In this document: piece after piece, positions 10,201-17,184 of the stretch
Position numbering within the stretch: the first letter of the stretch is position 1
Layout: each line of letters opens with the position of its first letter
Assembly (NCBI GenBank): GCA_963729055.1
Contig: CAVSMQ010000005.1
Location: 89,636-129,635, forward strand
Origin: an uncultured Actinomycetes bacterium
GTDB lineage: Bacteria; Actinomycetota; Thermoleophilia; Solirubrobacterales; 70-9
DNA length: 40,000 nucleotides
Direction: 5' to 3'
The notes under the pieces: model-generated
What the model was told of the DNA's origin: nothing
What the model saw: only the letters and a program-made list of their open reading frames with translations
Database searches by the model: none
Position numbers and translations under genes: made by a program

Positions 10201-10517
10201 AGAGCCTCTGGGAAATCGACCCCGAAACGGGAGCCGAATACTGGCGCGTCTACCTCTCAGTGGCACGCAAAGAACGCGAATACGGCTGGGCCTCCCAAGC
10301 GATGCTGAAACCCCTCTTCGGCAAGGTCGAATTCGAACCCGGCGAAGAAAACTCACCCAACCTGGAAGCCGACCCAGGCCACTTTATGCGCCAAGGCATT
10401 GCGATCAAGGAATACAAGAACACCTGGAAGTGCGAAATGGTCCCGCCGGATGAAGCGTTCCCCCCCGGCGTGGGGACGCCGAAGTATTCGCTCGAACCTG
10501 TAACGCCAGCGCCCTGA
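7215..10517 (+). CDS. large secreted hypothetical protein (1100 aa) with an Ig/PKD-like segment and a C-terminal coiled-coil region
   Basis: Signal-like N-terminus 'FQAAVFAALLAGAIILAAPGTAAG'. 'TPTFRPDVRGHYKVKLTIESGSG' is PKD-like. The opposite-strand 666-aa ORF is a low-complexity shadow. Confidence 0.8.
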   Translation: MVRVLASRGLVRSFQAAVFAALLAGAIILAAPGTAAGAKPAGKGKQGAGDAKGSARLIVSPRPGQRIRGDRVRIVVRAGAEPEDLKARLNGERIGGRFGANPRRHRRQLDATPIDGLRRGGNTLTIRVHDLRHGGYRRASVRFFVAHHRPLASAGRDIRVVAGSRLELHGMLKLDRSDSGARGVQWQVVGAPRRSALSNKPAANAAARAAERSALGERRTLTPTFRPDVRGHYKVKLTIESGSGKSVDWANIYAVPTSPLINLRTEVPASAQQPQPGVFVGGEVIPAPFMREARPPYAREANPTGTYAGKAGNVTYVAMAQVVAFERTTLAFKWNRTYGICTVPGDYYPCRNGPKGEPIDADPTKELAELGPSTLVVAASHPSGATPGLAWGSPADFGFFSAFLGGIGMPTPETSPTSAAELAAAKPGEMSGVGVPGLDPGDAKYILGGGQTGMVGYLTPDSHTPKFFFFIPRQREPFDTRAATSCNANGCTVAQKVGANEVTATVAAGKGGFLVSGFDRRTLAPIEHALFTTAGGQPESGENSTGEFGPREMSRKVEALAKQGALVVVTSVHGQSPGVLFTPGASKTPWNALIAAIVSIGGTREGLNTAATSAGGDYSLVGWSGLGEGAGDEQSVAGARLRGVLVPGDQSVFEPQAVLSGASMDEPELLIQTLLREPSQAWWGDGNREAEAAIVAIGAQSSLLGYDPRPAYWTQLTTPLVASTALEQVKGAKFPAALGEPKFTEAVFNKAKEELAHEVEGVKKVRTYMEELATPARHSGTIAWEEATKLSAELEERIKALKEQGEVSAEWLAIIEGVLEGVSTLLELKPIKSFMDLTHYVALAAVAAELGQTIWNANYQGTSKEPSIQVEALRLGSELQAQAEANINTFHRMGDIIVSDPTKLAEIKWGGCNPTDDGCPAKFEELGFNEELEKFADLTMKRAFQREIYERLLPLAYPILDLGLTKRKETIFPANAAPCTDFSEPLKGAPALSYHKSLWEIDPETGAEYWRVYLSVARKEREYGWASQAMLKPLFGKVEFEPGEENSPNLEADPGHFMRQGIAIKEYKNTWKCEMVPPDEAFPPGVGTPKYSLEPVTPAP

Positions 10518-10550
10518 TCGGGGCGCGGTCGTGCTGCTCCGGCCGCCGTG

Positions 10551-12188
10551 TCATGTCAGCCAGTGCTCGTAGGACGGCAGCAGAGCCTGGGCCTCGAGTT
10601 CGCCGGGGGCGGTCCGCTCGAGACGCAGCGTCGCCTCGTCGTCTTCGATGGTCAGGGTCGAGACCTGGTTGTTGAAGTAGGGCCCCTCGAGCAGTCGCCA
10701 GCGACACCCCGGGTCGGGAGCGCCGGCGAGTTTCGCGAGACTGGAGCAGAGCGCGCTGAGCGGGCGCCCGAAAGCTGCCCGCACGACACGTCGCTCTTTC
10801 TCCTCGAGGGGGTTGCGGTATGGAGAGCAGACGGCCTGGTAGATCGGGCTGCGGTCTGACTTGTCGCCGGGCAACCCCAGCTCGCAGAGGTAGGCGTGGT
10901 GGACGTCGCCGGAGAGCACGACGATCGACTTCGGCGCCTCGCCGTACTCGCCCTTCGCCAGCCCGGCGAGCAGGTCTCTCATCTGGGCGAAGGAGTCCTG
11001 AAAGGCGGCCCAGTGGTCGAAGTCGACCGCGCGACGGAGCAGCTCGCTGCCTCTTCCGATCATCGATCCCCAAGCGCCTTCGCAGAGGCGCTCGTTCCAG
11101 GCCTCGAGGCGGTCGAATGAGGGCGAGAGCAGGAAGGGCACGGTGGTCGCCAGCAGCAGGTGGTCGAAGTCGCCGCTGCAGTGCTCGACGATCCAGTTCC
11201 ACTCCTCCTCGTCGAGGATCGCGCGCCTGTCTGGCTCGAGCACGCGCCCGGCCCGCGAGTCGATGAACACGGCCCTGGTTCGGCCGAAGTCGCGATAGAA
11301 GCTCCAGCGCGAGCCGGATGCGTCGACGTCGATCCGATCGGCCCAGGCCCGCAGCACCTCCGAAGCCTGCTGGTTGCCCCGGACTTCCCGGTAGACCTCG
11401 CTGTCGTCGAGCTCGGCCGGGGAGAGGTTGCCTAGGTGCTGGTAGATCCAGTAGCTGGTGATGCAATCGACGGCGCGGCGGTGCCACCAGGAGCGGCCTC
11501 GCATCTCTTCCAACCACGAGTGGGAGATGTTCCAGTCGTCGCTCATGTCATGGTCGTCCCAGAGCATCGAGACCGAGACCGTCGAGAACAGCCAGCGGAT
11601 TAGCGGCTCGCGCCAGCTCTCGCGGTAGAGCCAGGTGTACTCCTCGAAGTCGAGGATCTCCTCGCCCGGGGGCGTACCGGTTCCGCGCCGTTCCCTGATC
11701 TTCGCCCGCGTCTTCGGCGAGCCCTCATCGACGTAGACCTGGTCGCCGAGCAAGAACAGTTGGTCGGGCCGGCGGAAGCGCTCGCTCGCGACCATCTGCT
11801 TGGCGAGCACCCACAGCGCATCTGGCTCGAAGCCGTTCTCGTGGTCAGCGCCGTCGGTGAACGGAGGCTCGTGCGGCAGGGCGACACGGCAGGAGCCGAA
11901 GGCGATCTCCAGAGGGCCGGAGCCCCCAAGAGTGTGGATTTCGCTCGCCGGCATCCCCTCGAGCGCCGGCCAGACCTGGTGACCGTCGAGGGCTACCCCG
12001 TACTCGTAGGTGGAGTCGGGGTCGAGGCCTTCGAGGCGGACCAGCGCGTAATGATGGTCTTCGAACCGAAAAGTCGGCTCTTTGCGGCCGAGGATCTCGA
12101 CCTCGCACTGCGCGCTGGTCTCGACCCAGATCGTCGCCTCGGTGTCCGAGACGTAGCGCAGCAGCGGTCCAATCAGGAGCTCGGGCAT
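10551..12188 (-). CDS. PhoD-like alkaline phosphatase D family metallophosphatase
   Basis: 'IAFGSCR', 'LFLLGDQVYVDE', 'MLWDDHDMSDDW', 'VVLSGDVHHAY'. Confidence 0.85.
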   Translation of the reverse strand: MPELLIGPLLRYVSDTEATIWVETSAQCEVEILGRKEPTFRFEDHHYALVRLEGLDPDSTYEYGVALDGHQVWPALEGMPASEIHTLGGSGPLEIAFGSCRVALPHEPPFTDGADHENGFEPDALWVLAKQMVASERFRRPDQLFLLGDQVYVDEGSPKTRAKIRERRGTGTPPGEEILDFEEYTWLYRESWREPLIRWLFSTVSVSMLWDDHDMSDDWNISHSWLEEMRGRSWWHRRAVDCITSYWIYQHLGNLSPAELDDSEVYREVRGNQQASEVLRAWADRIDVDASGSRWSFYRDFGRTRAVFIDSRAGRVLEPDRRAILDEEEWNWIVEHCSGDFDHLLLATTVPFLLSPSFDRLEAWNERLCEGAWGSMIGRGSELLRRAVDFDHWAAFQDSFAQMRDLLAGLAKGEYGEAPKSIVVLSGDVHHAYLCELGLPGDKSDRSPIYQAVCSPYRNPLEEKERRVVRAAFGRPLSALCSSLAKLAGAPDPGCRWRLLEGPYFNNQVSTLTIEDDEATLRLERTAPGELEAQALLPSYEHWLT

Positions 12189-12237
12189 CGGCTACAGGTA
12201 GAACGGCCGGGTATGGGATTTGTCAGGCATGACCCGG

Positions 12238-13074
12238 TCAGACCTTGCGATAGCGGGCATCCGCTATCGAGTAGATCGCGAACCCTGCCAGCCCGGCGGC
12301 AACGATGCCGAGCAACGCCGGGCCGAAGGCCGAATCCGCGAGCTGGCGCAGCGCCCCATCCAGCCCGACCGCTTGCTGCGGGTTGTAGTTGATCGCCGCT
12401 TTGATCAGCCCGTAGCCGACCAGAGCGAAGATCACGGCCCGCGCCACCAGTCCGAAGACGCCGAGCGCGGTATAGCCCTTGCGGACCTCGGGGGTCATCT
12501 CGCCCGTCTTCGCATCTTCGAGGAACCTCCTCGCCAGGCCCTTGTACGCCTGGTAGATGGCGACTCCGATCAGGGCCGCCCCGGCGATCGCGACGATCAG
12601 GGTGCCGCCAGACCAGCCGAGCACGCCGCCGGTCGCCTCCTTCGGCGTCCCTGAGCCGGTGCCCGAACCGCTGACGATCTCCACTGCCGTGACGCAGAGG
12701 ATTCCGTAGGCGATCCCACTCGCGAGCGCCGCGACCCGGTCGGATCCGCTGTCGCGTTGTTCGGCGCCGTGGCCGACGGCAGCGCGGACCAACCGCCAAA
12801 GTGCGTAGCCGGCCAGCCCGATCGCGACCAGGATCAGCAGCGTCTTGCCGAACGGCTGGTTGGCGATCGTCTTCAACGCGTCCTGTTGGTTGGCCGCCTT
12901 GCCTCCTTCGCCAAGCGCCAGCTCGATCGCCAGGAGACCGATGATGAAGTAGACGACCCCACGGGCGATGAGTCCCGCTCGCGCAAGCCAGCCGAGCGGC
13001 TTCGCGCCCGCGAGCCTGTCGCCTTCCCGCTTTGCCTTGTCGGCGACATCCTTCCCGTCCTGCTGGTCGATCAT
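12238..13074 (-). CDS. DUF1206-type integral membrane protein
   Basis: Repeated 'ARG(V/A)VY..IG..A...A' helices ('LARAGLIARGVVYFIIGLLAIELAL', 'VARAVIFALVGYGLIKAA'). Start set at MIDQQ, giving an ATGA overlap with the upstream gene. Confidence 0.8.
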   Translation of the reverse strand: MIDQQDGKDVADKAKREGDRLAGAKPLGWLARAGLIARGVVYFIIGLLAIELALGEGGKAANQQDALKTIANQPFGKTLLILVAIGLAGYALWRLVRAAVGHGAEQRDSGSDRVAALASGIAYGILCVTAVEIVSGSGTGSGTPKEATGGVLGWSGGTLIVAIAGAALIGVAIYQAYKGLARRFLEDAKTGEMTPEVRKGYTALGVFGLVARAVIFALVGYGLIKAAINYNPQQAVGLDGALRQLADSAFGPALLGIVAAGLAGFAIYSIADARYRKV

Positions 13075-13968
13075 CGCGCGCCACTCCCTTCGCGCGCCGA
13101 GCGCGGCACGCATACCGTGATCGCGCCGGGTTCGACATCGACCTTGAACGACCGAACCCTCTTGCGATCACCTCCGTCGAGCTCGTAGCGGACCTTGCGG
13201 TCGAGCTTCACGCGTACCTTGCGGCCCTGGGTGATGCGCACGAAGGGCGACTTGTCCGCACTGCCGAGGGCGGTGCGGGTCGCGGCGCGGACCAGCTGCA
13301 CCGGGCCCTCCGAGGTGAGCACACCGACGTCGAGCAAACCGTCGTCGGGCTGCGCGTCGGCGAACACCTCGATGCCCCCGAAGAGGCCGCCGACGTTGCC
13401 GACGAGGATGCAACTCGCCGGCCCCTTGTACCAGCGCGTCCCGTCGATCTTGATCTTCGCCTCGAAGCTCGGAGTGTTGAGCTTCGTCGCCCCACCGAGC
13501 AGATAGGCGCCGCGGCCGAGACGGCCCTTGTGCTCGTCGGCGCCCTTGATCATCGCCGCGTCGAAGCCCGCCCCCGCCATCACCGCGAAGCGCTCTTCCT
13601 CGAAGCGCCCGACGTCGAGCGCGGCGGCGCTCGCCGAGCAGTGCGACCTGAACGGCCTCGTGGATGTCGGGCTCGATCCCGAGGTTGGTGGCGAACAGAT
13701 TCGAGGTCCCCGCCGGGACGATCGCGAGCGGGACCTGGGTGTCCTCGAGAGCGTTGACGCAGCGCCGCACCATGCCGTCGCCGCCCCAGGCGAGAATCAG
13801 CTCGGCGCCCTCCTCCAATGCCCGCTTGACTGCTGCCGGGGCTCGCTTGCTCTTCGGCACCTCGATCCAGAGCGGCTTCGGGACGCCCGCCTCCGCGAGC
13901 GTGCGTCGCAGCTCCGAGAGGCCGCCCCCGAGAGTTTTGCCCGCGTGGGCGACGACCGCCAGCTTCAT
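13071..13968 (-). pseudogene. diacylglycerol/lipid kinase family (YegS/DagK-like) gene with one apparent 1-nt frameshift near 13620-13630
   Basis: N-part 'MKLAVVAHAGK...ILAWGGDGMVRRCVNAL...LAIVPAGTSNLFA' and C-part 'LDVGRFEEERFAVMAGAGFDAAMI...' are in different frames, joined at a cgccgccgc run. Length 898 nt (3n+1). Could be a sequencing error. Confidence 0.7.
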
Positions 13969-14594
13969 GCTCGCTTCCGCCTCTCCGCGGCGGCGCCGGC
14001 GGCCCGGCAGGCCCACAGCGCCACCAGGATCGCCCCGATCCCGATCAGCACGCCGCCGGCGACGTCGAGTGGATGGTGCATCCCCTGGTACAGGCGCGAG
14101 AGGGCGATGTAGGTGACGATCAGGATCGCTCCGGTCCACAGCAGCGCCTTCCACAGACTGCTGGTCAGGCGACTCGTCAGCAGCAGCACGAGCCCGGCGT
14201 AGACGGCGATCGCGGCGGCGGTGTGTCCGGAGGGATAGCTGGCGTTGGCCTCCAGGTCTTCGAGGCGGGGGACGGATGGACGCTGGCGGGGAACCGCGAG
14301 CGAGGTGACGTAGTACGTCGCCGACTCGACGCACAGCGCGAAGACCGCGAACGCCCCGATCCGCCAGCGGCGAGTGACGACGCAGACGATCGCGATCAGG
14401 ATGACCAGCGATACGAGGACCACCGTGCCGAGTTCCGAGCCGATTTCGGCGATCGTGTTGAGGGTGCCGGTGCGGTGTTCCGCGAGCGTCTCGTTGACGC
14501 TTTCGTCGCTGCCGCCGAGACCGAGCCCGCTGCCGCTGACCAGCCCGTCGACGACCAGATGCCCGAGCGCGATCGAGACCGCCAGCAGCACCAA
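13965..14594 (-). CDS. PAP2-superfamily phosphatase (membrane)
   Basis: 'YPSGHTAAA', 'SRLYQGMHHPLDVAGG'. Multiple TM segments. TGA/ATG overlap with the downstream kinase gene. Confidence 0.8.
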   Translation of the reverse strand: MVLLAVSIALGHLVVDGLVSGSGLGLGGSDESVNETLAEHRTGTLNTIAEIGSELGTVVLVSLVILIAIVCVVTRRWRIGAFAVFALCVESATYYVTSLAVPRQRPSVPRLEDLEANASYPSGHTAAAIAVYAGLVLLLTSRLTSSLWKALLWTGAILIVTYIALSRLYQGMHHPLDVAGGVLIGIGAILVALWACRAAGAAAERRKRA

Positions 14595-14858
14595 CAGGCC
14601 GGCGAGCAGCGCTAGCGCGAAGACGACGGCGGGATGGCGGTCGCCGCGGGCAGCGGCAAATCGGTCGGCCTACCCACCCGGGCGCGCAGCGAGCACCGAC
14701 ACCGGCCGTCGGGTCGGTTTCCCCGGCGTCGTCGGCGCCGCAGCAGTTCGAGATCCTTGTCCAACCTCCACAGCAACGACCTATTGCCCGATCGGCGGCA
14801 TAGTAAGCCTCCGTATCCGGGTACTGGACCGCACCGCTCCGCCTGCGCCCCTGCCCCG

Positions 14859-15764
14859 ATGCCATTTCTCCTGCTCCTGATCATTTCCCTCGCCGCGGGG
14901 CTCGGAGCCGCCTCGCTGACGCGGCTCTACCGGCGACGCACCGACACCTCCCCCGTCCTCGAGGCGGCACGCGAGGCCGGCCGGCACGCCACCGGCCCGG
15001 TTGCGCGTCGCACGGTGCGGGCCGCGCGCCTCGACCCGGAGAGGGCAACCGGCCTGGCGCTCACGCTGGCGGTCGCCGCAATCCTCCTCGGCGGCGCGGT
15101 GCTCGCCTCATTGACGGTCCTGGTGCGCAGCACCGACGCCCTTGCCGGCATCGACACCAGCGTGGCCGAGTGGGGAAACCGACACGCATCCGCCTGGTCC
15201 CACGACGCGATCACCGTGGTGACGAATCTGGGCGCGACCTGGACCGTGATCGCCGTCGCCCTCGCAGTAGCAGCGGTCGAGATCGCCCGCACGCGCAGTC
15301 ACTGGATGGTGCCGTTCCTCCTCACGGTCATGCTCGGAGACAAGCTCCTCACCGAGGCGATCAAGCAGCTCGTCGATCGCGCCCGGCCGGAGCTCGAGCC
15401 CGTGGCCGCGACGCTCGGCCCATCGTTCCCCAGCGGTCACACCGCCACCGCTGCCGCCTCATGGGCCGCCTTCGCCCTCGTCGCCGGACGTTGGTGGGGG
15501 CCGCGAGCCTGGCCGGCGCTTGCCGGCACCGCCGTCGGCATCGCGGTTGGAGTCGGGGTCAGCCGAGTCTTGCTCGACGTTCACTGGCTAACCGATGTCC
15601 TCGCGGGCCTCGCACTCGGCTGGGCCTGGTTCGCCGCCTGCGCGATCGCCTTCGGCGGCCGCGTCCTCCGATTCGGTGCGACGGCGCAGGCCGCGGGACG
15701 TGGCGGGGTCGAGGCCCCGGCGAGCCAGCTTCGGACCAGGACCCGGCCGCGACGCCGTGTGTAG
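14859..15764 (+). CDS. PAP2-superfamily phosphatase (membrane)
   Basis: 'KQLVDRARP', 'FPSGHTATA', 'SRVLLDVHWLTDVLAG'. Start set at MPFLLLL rather than the upstream R-rich extension. Confidence 0.8.
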   Translation: MPFLLLLIISLAAGLGAASLTRLYRRRTDTSPVLEAAREAGRHATGPVARRTVRAARLDPERATGLALTLAVAAILLGGAVLASLTVLVRSTDALAGIDTSVAEWGNRHASAWSHDAITVVTNLGATWTVIAVALAVAAVEIARTRSHWMVPFLLTVMLGDKLLTEAIKQLVDRARPELEPVAATLGPSFPSGHTATAAASWAAFALVAGRWWGPRAWPALAGTAVGIAVGVGVSRVLLDVHWLTDVLAGLALGWAWFAACAIAFGGRVLRFGATAQAAGRGGVEAPASQLRTRTRPRRRV

Positions 15765-15767
15765 GCC

Positions 15768-16130
15768 CTAGGGCCGCCCGATCGCGCAGACTGCGGGGAC
15801 CGGGCGCAGGTTCTCGACCAGGACCCTGTCGACGGTGAATCCCCCTCGCGGAGCCGGTCGGCCAGCGTGTTCCCGAGGTCCCGCGCTCGCTCGGGCGCGG
15901 AGTGGCGCGCGTCCCAGAAGAGATAGAAGACACCGTCCCGGGCGAGGTGCTCGCGGACGGCACCGAGCGCCGCCTCCGGCTGCAGCCAGAAGGGAGCGAC
16001 GTTGAAGACGAAGACCTTGGCGAAGCGCCGGTCGCCGAGGTCCGCGTCCTCCAGCGCGGTGGCCTCGAGCACAGCGCTGCCCGCGTCGACGTGCCCGAAG
16101 TGCGGCGGATTGAAAGGCCGCCCATGTTCT
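15768..16130 (-). pseudogene. 5'-truncated, frameshifted class I methyltransferase remnant
   Basis: 'AVLEATALEDADLGDRRFAKVFVFNVAPFWLQPEAALGAVREHLARDGVFYLFWD', then after a shift in the C5 run at 15841-15845, 'GGFTVDRVLVENLRPVPAVCAIGRP*'. The GxGxG N-terminal third is missing and its place is taken by the 3' end of the nuclease gene. Confidence 0.5.
16109..16120 (+). repeat. copy Z of the repeat core (ATTGAAAGGCCG) at the left edge of the Dpd-like island
   Basis: The same 11-12-mer as at 29087-29098 and 32551-32561, and one mismatch from 30217-30228, in the same orientation. It lies at the junction between the truncated methyltransferase and the nuclease gene stop. Confidence 0.4.
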
Positions 16131-16137
16131 GACCGGC

Positions 16138-17184
16138 TCAGGTCCTGTCGACGCGGAGCGCGTTCGTCTCGCGGTCCAGCCTGCCCGGCGACTCTCTCTT
16201 CAAGTAGGCCTTGTACTCGTCGCAGTCGAAGCGCTGAGCGCACGCGGTGCACTGTTTTTTCAACTCGCTGGTAATCCGCTCGCCGACCGGCTTGTCCATC
16301 TCGAGTAGCGAGCCACCGTGGATGGCGACCGGGCCCTTGGCGAACTCAATCGTCGTCGCCCGCAGCAACTCGACCTGACCCACCGTCCACTCCAACGCCT
16401 TCTCGACGATCTCGTCGTCGATCGGGATGGCGAGCAGCCGGTTCTCCTCCTCGCGCTCGTTGACGAAGAAGAGGACACACCGCTCCGGCAGCTCGCCGGT
16501 CCGCTCGCGGTAAAGCGCGGCGTAGGTGGCGACCTGACGCACGTAGTCAATCTGGAACTCCGACGAGGCCCTGGTCGCCTTGAAGTCCCAGATCTCCTGG
16601 TCGCCGGGCGTGGCCTTGATCTCCTCGTGCTCGACGTGCCCAAGCAACTCGTCGCGGTGGTCCCACTTCCACAACCGGTGGTAGGTGAGCGAGTCGGGCT
16701 GCTGGAGGACCAGATCGATGATCCCGGTGAGAAGGATCTTCTTCTTTCCGGCGAAGTCTTTGGGTATTACCTTGCGCACCGATTTGAGCTGGTACTCGGT
16801 GTGCTGGGCGCCGCGGATCACGGTCTCGACCGGCCTCTGCAACTTGGACGAGTCGCTCTTCGTCTTGTAGAGGTTCCGGAGGATCCGGTCGAGGACCTCT
16901 TCCCGGGTGCTGAAGGCGGTGACGATCCCCCGCGAGCGCAGGACCCGGTAGTAATGGTCGAGCTGTTCCGCCAGTTCGATCCGCCTAGCGAGGACGCCGT
17001 CGTCGGCGTAGCGGCGCGCAAGCCACTCCATCGCGTGGTGCAGCAGGCGCCCCTCCATTGCCTGCACCTGCTCGTAGGGGACGAAGCCCACGTGGTTCTC
17101 GTATGCCCAGGCGCGGGGGCAGCGCCGGTGGGCCAGCAGGTCGCCCGTGTAGGAGACTTCGATGACCTCGTTCACGCCGACCAC
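16138..17184 (-). CDS. PD-(D/E)xK nuclease, Cas4/AddB-like with a 4-Cys (Fe-S) signature
   Basis: N-terminal 'RRCPRAW' plus C-terminal 'CTACAQRFDC' give the C...CxxCxxxxxC pattern. 'GIIDLV', 'EIWDFKATR', 'QVATYAALY' (D...(D/E)xK...QxxxY). Its start overlaps the helicase stop by 13 nt. Confidence 0.8.
   Translation of the reverse strand: MVGVNEVIEVSYTGDLLAHRRCPRAWAYENHVGFVPYEQVQAMEGRLLHHAMEWLARRYADDGVLARRIELAEQLDHYYRVLRSRGIVTAFSTREEVLDRILRNLYKTKSDSSKLQRPVETVIRGAQHTEYQLKSVRKVIPKDFAGKKKILLTGIIDLVLQQPDSLTYHRLWKWDHRDELLGHVEHEEIKATPGDQEIWDFKATRASSEFQIDYVRQVATYAALYRERTGELPERCVLFFVNEREEENRLLAIPIDDEIVEKALEWTVGQVELLRATTIEFAKGPVAIHGGSLLEMDKPVGERITSELKKQCTACAQRFDCDEYKAYLKRESPGRLDRETNALRVDRT

Noticed and set aside
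13168-14865. 565-aa ORF on the minus strand
   Set aside because: It is a composite. Only its middle ('MKLAVVAHAGK...') is real, being the N-terminal half of the frameshifted lipid kinase. The rest is an R/P-rich out-of-frame read across the PAP2 gene.
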